From Rebecca billardiae RCC1528 (lineage: Eukaryota; Protista; Haptophyta), in contig OZ251234.1 in assembly GCA_965240325.2 (NCBI GenBank), positions 372,001-436,000 on the forward strand: a stretch of 64,000 nt of DNA, written 5' to 3'. This document shows positions 61,701 to 64,000 of the stretch, one piece after another. Numbering within the stretch: the first letter of the stretch is position 1; each line of letters starts with the position of its first letter. The notes beneath the pieces were generated by a model, which was given only the letters and a program-made list of their open reading frames with translations, was not told the origin of the DNA and did no database searches. The position numbers were made by a program, and so were the translations under genes.

Positions 61701-62477
61701 GCGGGCAGCACGGGCGACCTCGCCATCGACGTCACGCTCAAGAACTACCTGGGCGAGCCCGTCACCTCGCAGACGGCGCTGCGCGCCGAGATCAGCTACG
61801 GCGCGACGCAGGGCAGCTCGCAGCTCACCACCGGCACCGCCGACGGCACCTCGCCCGACGGGTACTGGCTCGCGAGGTTTGCGCACGTCGGCGGCGGCGT
61901 CTGGTCGCTGCGCGTGCACGCCGGGCCGTACTGGCTCGACGCCGTCGCGTTCGGCGCGGCGATCATGCTCGAGACGGCCGACTCGAACGGCGGCACGGAG
62001 GATCCGAACCGGCGCGTCGCCTTCTTCGGCTCGTCCGTCTCGCCCTACTCGGACACGGGCGGCACCTTCCTGCCCGTCGCCGAGTTCGCCACGTCTGGCG
62101 CCATCATCCCCTCGCCCTCGCCGCCGCCCTTCCCTCCGCCGTACATCATCCCCGAGTACGACGAGGACGAGCTCGGCGCGATCTTCGACGAGGCGAGCGG
62201 CGTGCTCTACGTGGCGGGCAACGACCCGCTGCCCGACCGGTTCGGCAAGGTGGACATGCAGTTCTCGCCGCTCGTCTCGCGCGCGACGCGCGGCTCGAAG
62301 GTGTACTGGGCGTTCCTGCCGTCGGAGGAGGACGGCACGCTCAGCCCGGCGCGCATCGAGCAGCTCATCGACGAGCACGAGCGCTGGAGCGCGTGGACGG
62401 GCGGCAAGGACAAGTCGGTTGACATCAACGCCAAGATCACGCAGCAGGTCGAGGCCGCCCTCGCGCGCCGGCGCTGA
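2109..62477 (+). CDS. Giant (20,122 aa, ~2 MDa) secreted Pro-rich modular polyprotein with nine TMEM132-like/cohesin/Ig/dockerin super-repeats
   Basis: Single stop-free frame of 60.4 kb with strong G/C third-position bias throughout. The ORF-track start at 2076 is TTG; the first ATG is at 2109 in a good Kozak-like context (GCCAGCGATGG). TGA at 62475-62477. Coherent repeated globular modules alternate with SPPP linkers. Confidence 0.93.
2499..3089 (+). other. Module A1: Cys-bracketed discoidin/galactose-binding-like beta-sandwich. Paralogues A2 6696-7337, A3 13317-13868, A4 16380-16994
   Basis: Shared motif C..LPL.I.F...YLR..S.WW.KRP..I.L.A...D..W..E..FTF......CG.G..TFG..PC...YRL......C....L..C in four copies. 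The fold assignment is by pattern only. Confidence 0.55.
3165..3848 (+). other. Modules B1 and B2: 'D-x-W/Y-x-x-ET-x-W ... Y.F.I.D.YGDG' small beta domains. Paralogues B3/B4 9075-9645, B5 17193-17504
   Basis: Five copies, e.g. QDPWPYETEWSI...CLKPGSYTFEILDSYGDGI...SNFG. The motif is familiar from secreted proteins of marine bacteria and algae. Confidence 0.7.
3954..4352 (+). other. Module C1: PAN/Apple-like domain. Paralogue C2 7440-7830
   Basis: CERTCLCLCAAHPDCMAFEY...RCDFF and CERQCACYCARAPRCAAFDF...VCRLL match the PAN C-x3-C-x5-C-x2-F-x-Y...C pattern. Confidence 0.6.
4599..6185 (+). other. Module pair D1a and D1b: ConA/lectin-like beta-sandwiches. Paralogue pair D2a/D2b 9696-10880
   Basis: Each half begins F.D/E.F.D......W and contains GCVK/GCYR and D..GC motifs. 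The pair recurs at 9696-10880 (LFDDFTD..LWD; PG.LK..GQRK). Confidence 0.5.
6207..6560 (+). other. Module E1: unnamed Cys-rich domain. Paralogue E2 7971-8339
   Basis: C.D.C...G.CC......GQ.HSCLQGCMMIRFGE.AG..E.V..RCATCAP...C.YG.LFGQ in two copies, near-identical at DNA level in the core. Confidence 0.75.
8418..9020 (+). other. Bacterial-type lamin-tail (LTD) domain
   Basis: LFFSEY...EYVEIYN...NG...TIAPGAVLVIA...DGNDALAL...VDQIGD...WDVAGVVGATKDHVLVRR...GN..W...SEW is the signature of LTDs in secreted bacterial proteins. Confidence 0.8.
10953..11900 (+). other. Two PPC-like (pre-peptidase C-terminal-type) beta domains, G1 10953-11342 and G2 11454-11900
   Basis: CG..VSG.T.GA....HWY.....V....C...FD..LHLY.GCP......NDD..C....S.I...L..G..Y...V.G....EG.Y.....C. 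Confidence 0.65.
11901..13307 (+). repeat. Extensin/pherophorin-like (Ser-Pro3-4)n rod 1, ~470 aa
   Basis: CCG/AGC/TCG-dominated coding minisatellite encoding SPPP(P) units. Confidence 0.95.
13872..16370 (+). repeat. Extensin-like Pro-rich rod 2, ~830 aa
   Basis: Continuous SPPP/TPPP/APPP coding repeats. Confidence 0.95.
17508..17912 (+). repeat. Extensin-like Pro-rich rod (a shorter one lies at 16998-17183)
   Basis: SPPP coding repeats. Confidence 0.95.
18258..18614 (+). other. Three ShKT (ShK toxin-like) domains: 18258-18356, 18369-18467, 18504-18614
   Basis: C-x8-C-x6/8-C...C-x2-TC-x2-C pattern ending CERTCRRC, CKATCGFC and CKSTCGAC. Confidence 0.85.
18630..19364 (+). other. von Willebrand factor type D (VWD) domain with GDPH motif and C8-like Cys-rich tail
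   Basis: AVCESHGDPHFTTWTGVRYDWQG.G.Y.L...GLC...C.YDCC, with GDPH at 18651-18662. Confidence 0.85.
19365..21281 (+). repeat. Extensin-like Pro-rich rod 3, ~640 aa, separating the N-terminal modules from the super-repeat array
   Basis: SPPP/APPP/LPPP units. Internal duplication with a 504-bp offset (e.g. 20417 vs 20921). Confidence 0.95.
21285..25556 (+). repeat. Super-repeat R1. Cohesin-like 1 ~21895-22305; Ig-like series; cohesin-like 2 ~24345-24712; RRRRL..RRRLQ 24720-24809; dockerin-like 24897-25092
   Basis: One of the two most divergent copies. Carries all shared motifs (VRVAYQVRD..GR, EVVNTAPLTG, TPMRVWYP, GDLNGDC..SSYD). Confidence 0.9.
25839..30107 (+). repeat. Super-repeat R2. Processing sites 29283-29372; dockerin-like 29460-29655
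   Basis: Colinear protein similarity to R1 and R3-R9. Confidence 0.92.
30606..34883 (+). repeat. Super-repeat R3. Sites 34065-34148; dockerin-like 34236-34430
   Basis: Near-identical DNA to R4 (offset 4551). Confidence 0.95.
35157..39434 (+). repeat. Super-repeat R4. Sites 38616-38699; dockerin-like 38787-38982
   Basis: Near-identical to R3 and to most of R5 (offset 4590). Confidence 0.95.
39753..44024 (+). repeat. Super-repeat R5. Sites 43206-43289; dockerin-like 43377-43572
   Basis: Near-identical to R3/R4 except for its N-terminal ~600 bp and short patches. Confidence 0.95.
44304..48590 (+). repeat. Super-repeat R6. Sites 47763-47849; dockerin-like 47937-48132
   Basis: Colinear similarity, with a distinct cohesin-like 1. 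Confidence 0.93.
48825..53108 (+). repeat. Super-repeat R7. Sites 52272-52370; dockerin-like 52458-52653
   Basis: Colinear similarity. Dockerin loops GDIDGDCEFSSYD and DANLDGELGLTD. Confidence 0.93.
53262..57539 (+). repeat. Super-repeat R8. Sites 56703-56798; dockerin-like 56886-57080
   Basis: Colinear similarity. Dockerin loops GDLNNDCVFTSYD and DPTLDGDFGLSD. Confidence 0.93.
57762..62108 (+). repeat. Super-repeat R9. Sites 61236-61358; dockerin-like 61461-61655
   Basis: Colinear similarity, with a divergent C-terminal half. Confidence 0.92.
62142..62477 (+). other. Unique ~110-aa C-terminal domain, no TM or GPI signal
   Basis: YIIPEYDEDELGAIF...QQVEAALARRR-stop, with no hydrophobic tail. 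Confidence 0.6.
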
Positions 62478-62520
62478 TCGCTCCCGCCGCCGCATGCCAT
62501 CAAGTCCCAAGACCCCAAGG

Positions 62521-62587
62521 CACACCGCACACACTACCTTGCACGCACACACACCACTCACACGCACACACACACATACACACACAT
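62521..62587. repeat. Imperfect (CA)n tract in the presumed 3' UTR
   Basis: cacaccgcacacac...cacacacacatacacacaca starting ~45 bp after the stop. Confidence 0.8.
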
Positions 62588-63210
62588 GCATAGTAGGAAA
62601 CACCTGCACACGCTGCCGATGCCGGCGCGAGCTGCTGCCAGCGAGCCCGCGGACGCCGTACGTGGCACCCTTCCGCCGACGACCCTCGGCCTGGGCCGCG
62701 AGCGCGAGGCTCGAGGGTCTTCGCTCCCCCGCCATTTGTGACCATGATCAAAGTTCATCCAGAGCCCGTGCCGCGCGTTCGCATGGTGAGCTGCTTCGAT
62801 GAGCAGCCACGCGCCGACGGCGCGACGGCCGCGCCACACGTGGTCCTGGCGCTCGTGGCCTCGGTTGCCACGGTGCCGGCAGCGTTTGCTGACTTGCTGT
62901 CGTGGCATCAGTTCATGCCGCGGCGCGACGCCGACATCCGGGCAAATGCTGTCAGTGTCACGCGTCAGGGCAACATCAGTATTAATTATAACAGAGTATG
63001 ACCGCGTTCCGCGGTCCTTTTCCGTAGAACGAACGTAGTTCGGGGCCCGCGGTGGCGGTGCACCCTCCGTCGCAGTCGTCCCGTACACGTGTAACTAGAC
63101 TCCATCCAGCGGCGCGCCGCCCCAGCGCCGCGCCGCCGCCGGCGTGCGCCGAGTGTGGATGTCGGTCGTCGGCCGAGCTGCCCTCATCACAGACGGCCCT
63201 TACCTGACCC

Positions 63211-63757
63211 CCTGCGCGTGCGCGACGGCCGACAGGCGGATGCGACTCGGCGTGATCGACGCACGAGCGCGACTCTTGCACGCCAGGCCACCGGCGGAGC
63301 TGACTGACAGCCAGGGAGCCGGACGGCGCGGGACCGCGCGGATTCGACCGTTCGTTCGGGCCTGCCGCTGACCGTCGTCGCCGCGACGCCAGCAGCGCAG
63401 GAGTAGATGATCTGCAGGTCAGTAGGGTTCGACCTGCGCGCCTGCGCGACGGCCGACAGGCGGGCGCGAGGCGTGAGCGACGCATGAGCGCGACTCTACG
63501 TGCACACCAGGCACCACGCGGCCGAGCTGACTGACCGCGAGCCAGGGAGCACGGTGCGAGCAGCCATGCAGCACCGGTGCTTGCGCGCGCCGCGCGTGCA
63601 CGGGGTGACACACCTCGGTCAGGCTCGGCACGCGTCGCAGAGGCACGGCCAGCTCTGGGCACGCCAGGCGCCCAGGCCACGCGGAGCTGACAGCCACGGG
63701 GAGCCGACGGCGCGCGGGGCCGCGGCCAGTTCCGAGTTCGACTTGCGCCTGCTCTGA
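63211..63757. repeat. Degenerate direct repeats, ~220-bp spacing, two copies plus a partial third
   Basis: TGCGCGACGGCCGACAGGCGG...GAGCGCGACTCT...GAGCTGACTGAC...AGCCAGGGAGC at ~63211-63340 and ~63433-63560. The 3' half appears again at ~63650-63757. Confidence 0.75.
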
Positions 63758-64000
63758 AGAAGAGTTCTGGGAGACCCTGGCGGAGAGGCATGGCAAGGGG
63801 GGCGTGTGGTGAAGTCGGAGACTCAGAGATCGATCAGTCCGGCATCATGCGCCGCTGCCCCCGAGCTTGCGAGAGCCCGAACACAGGGCGGCGGCTGCGG
63901 CGGCGGCGGCGCGGCCGCGCGCCGGCCGGCCGCGCAGGCATCGACAGGGCGCGGCAGGGGCGTGCGGAGTGACTAGTGAGCGGGCACGAACGCGATGTCG

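Noticed and set aside
21285-62108. Interpretation as a true cellulosome scaffoldin or a PKS/NRPS megasynthase
   Set aside because: No glycoside hydrolase, clear CBM3, KS, AT, ACP, adenylation or condensation motifs are seen. Cohesin-like and dockerin-like modules alternate in the same chain.
62500-63972. Short downstream ORFs (62738-63001, 62982-63791 and others)
   Set aside because: No motif support. They overlap CA tracts and indel-rich repeats.
1-64000. CRISPR arrays, tRNA or rRNA genes
   Set aside because: No repeat-spacer structure or RNA gene signature was seen. The internal repeats are in-frame coding repeats.

Overview
This looks like GC-rich eukaryotic nuclear DNA, probably from a microalga (a haptophyte or green alga is my inference from codon bias and Ser-Pro linkers). 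About 94% of the window is one uninterrupted + strand ORF. The first ATG is at 2109 and the stop is TGA at 62475-62477, giving 20,122 aa (roughly 2 MDa). The product is predicted to be secreted and has no recognisable catalytic domain. The N-terminal third (2109-21281) is a string of small extracellular modules joined by extensin-like (Ser-Pro3-4)n rods: 4 discoidin-like, 5 'DxYGDG', 2 PAN-like, 4 lectin-like, 2 Cys-rich, 1 lamin-tail, 2 PPC-like, 3 ShKT and 1 VWD with a GDPH site. The C-terminal two-thirds (21285-62108) is nine tandem ~1,430-aa super-repeats. Each reads TMEM132-like N-domain, cohesin-like, bacterial Ig-like domains, second cohesin-like, paired RRL/RRRLQ processing sites, Ca-binding dockerin-like, beta domain, Pro linker. 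Cleavage at those sites would release subunits with one dockerin and two cohesins. My main hypothesis is a self-assembling cohesin-dockerin extracellular lattice encoded as one giant polyprotein. Upstream are a 355-bp foldback MITE with a 7-bp target-site duplication and an (AT)26 microsatellite. Downstream are a CA-rich tract and degenerate ~220-bp direct repeats. All domain names come from motif recognition by eye, not database searches.
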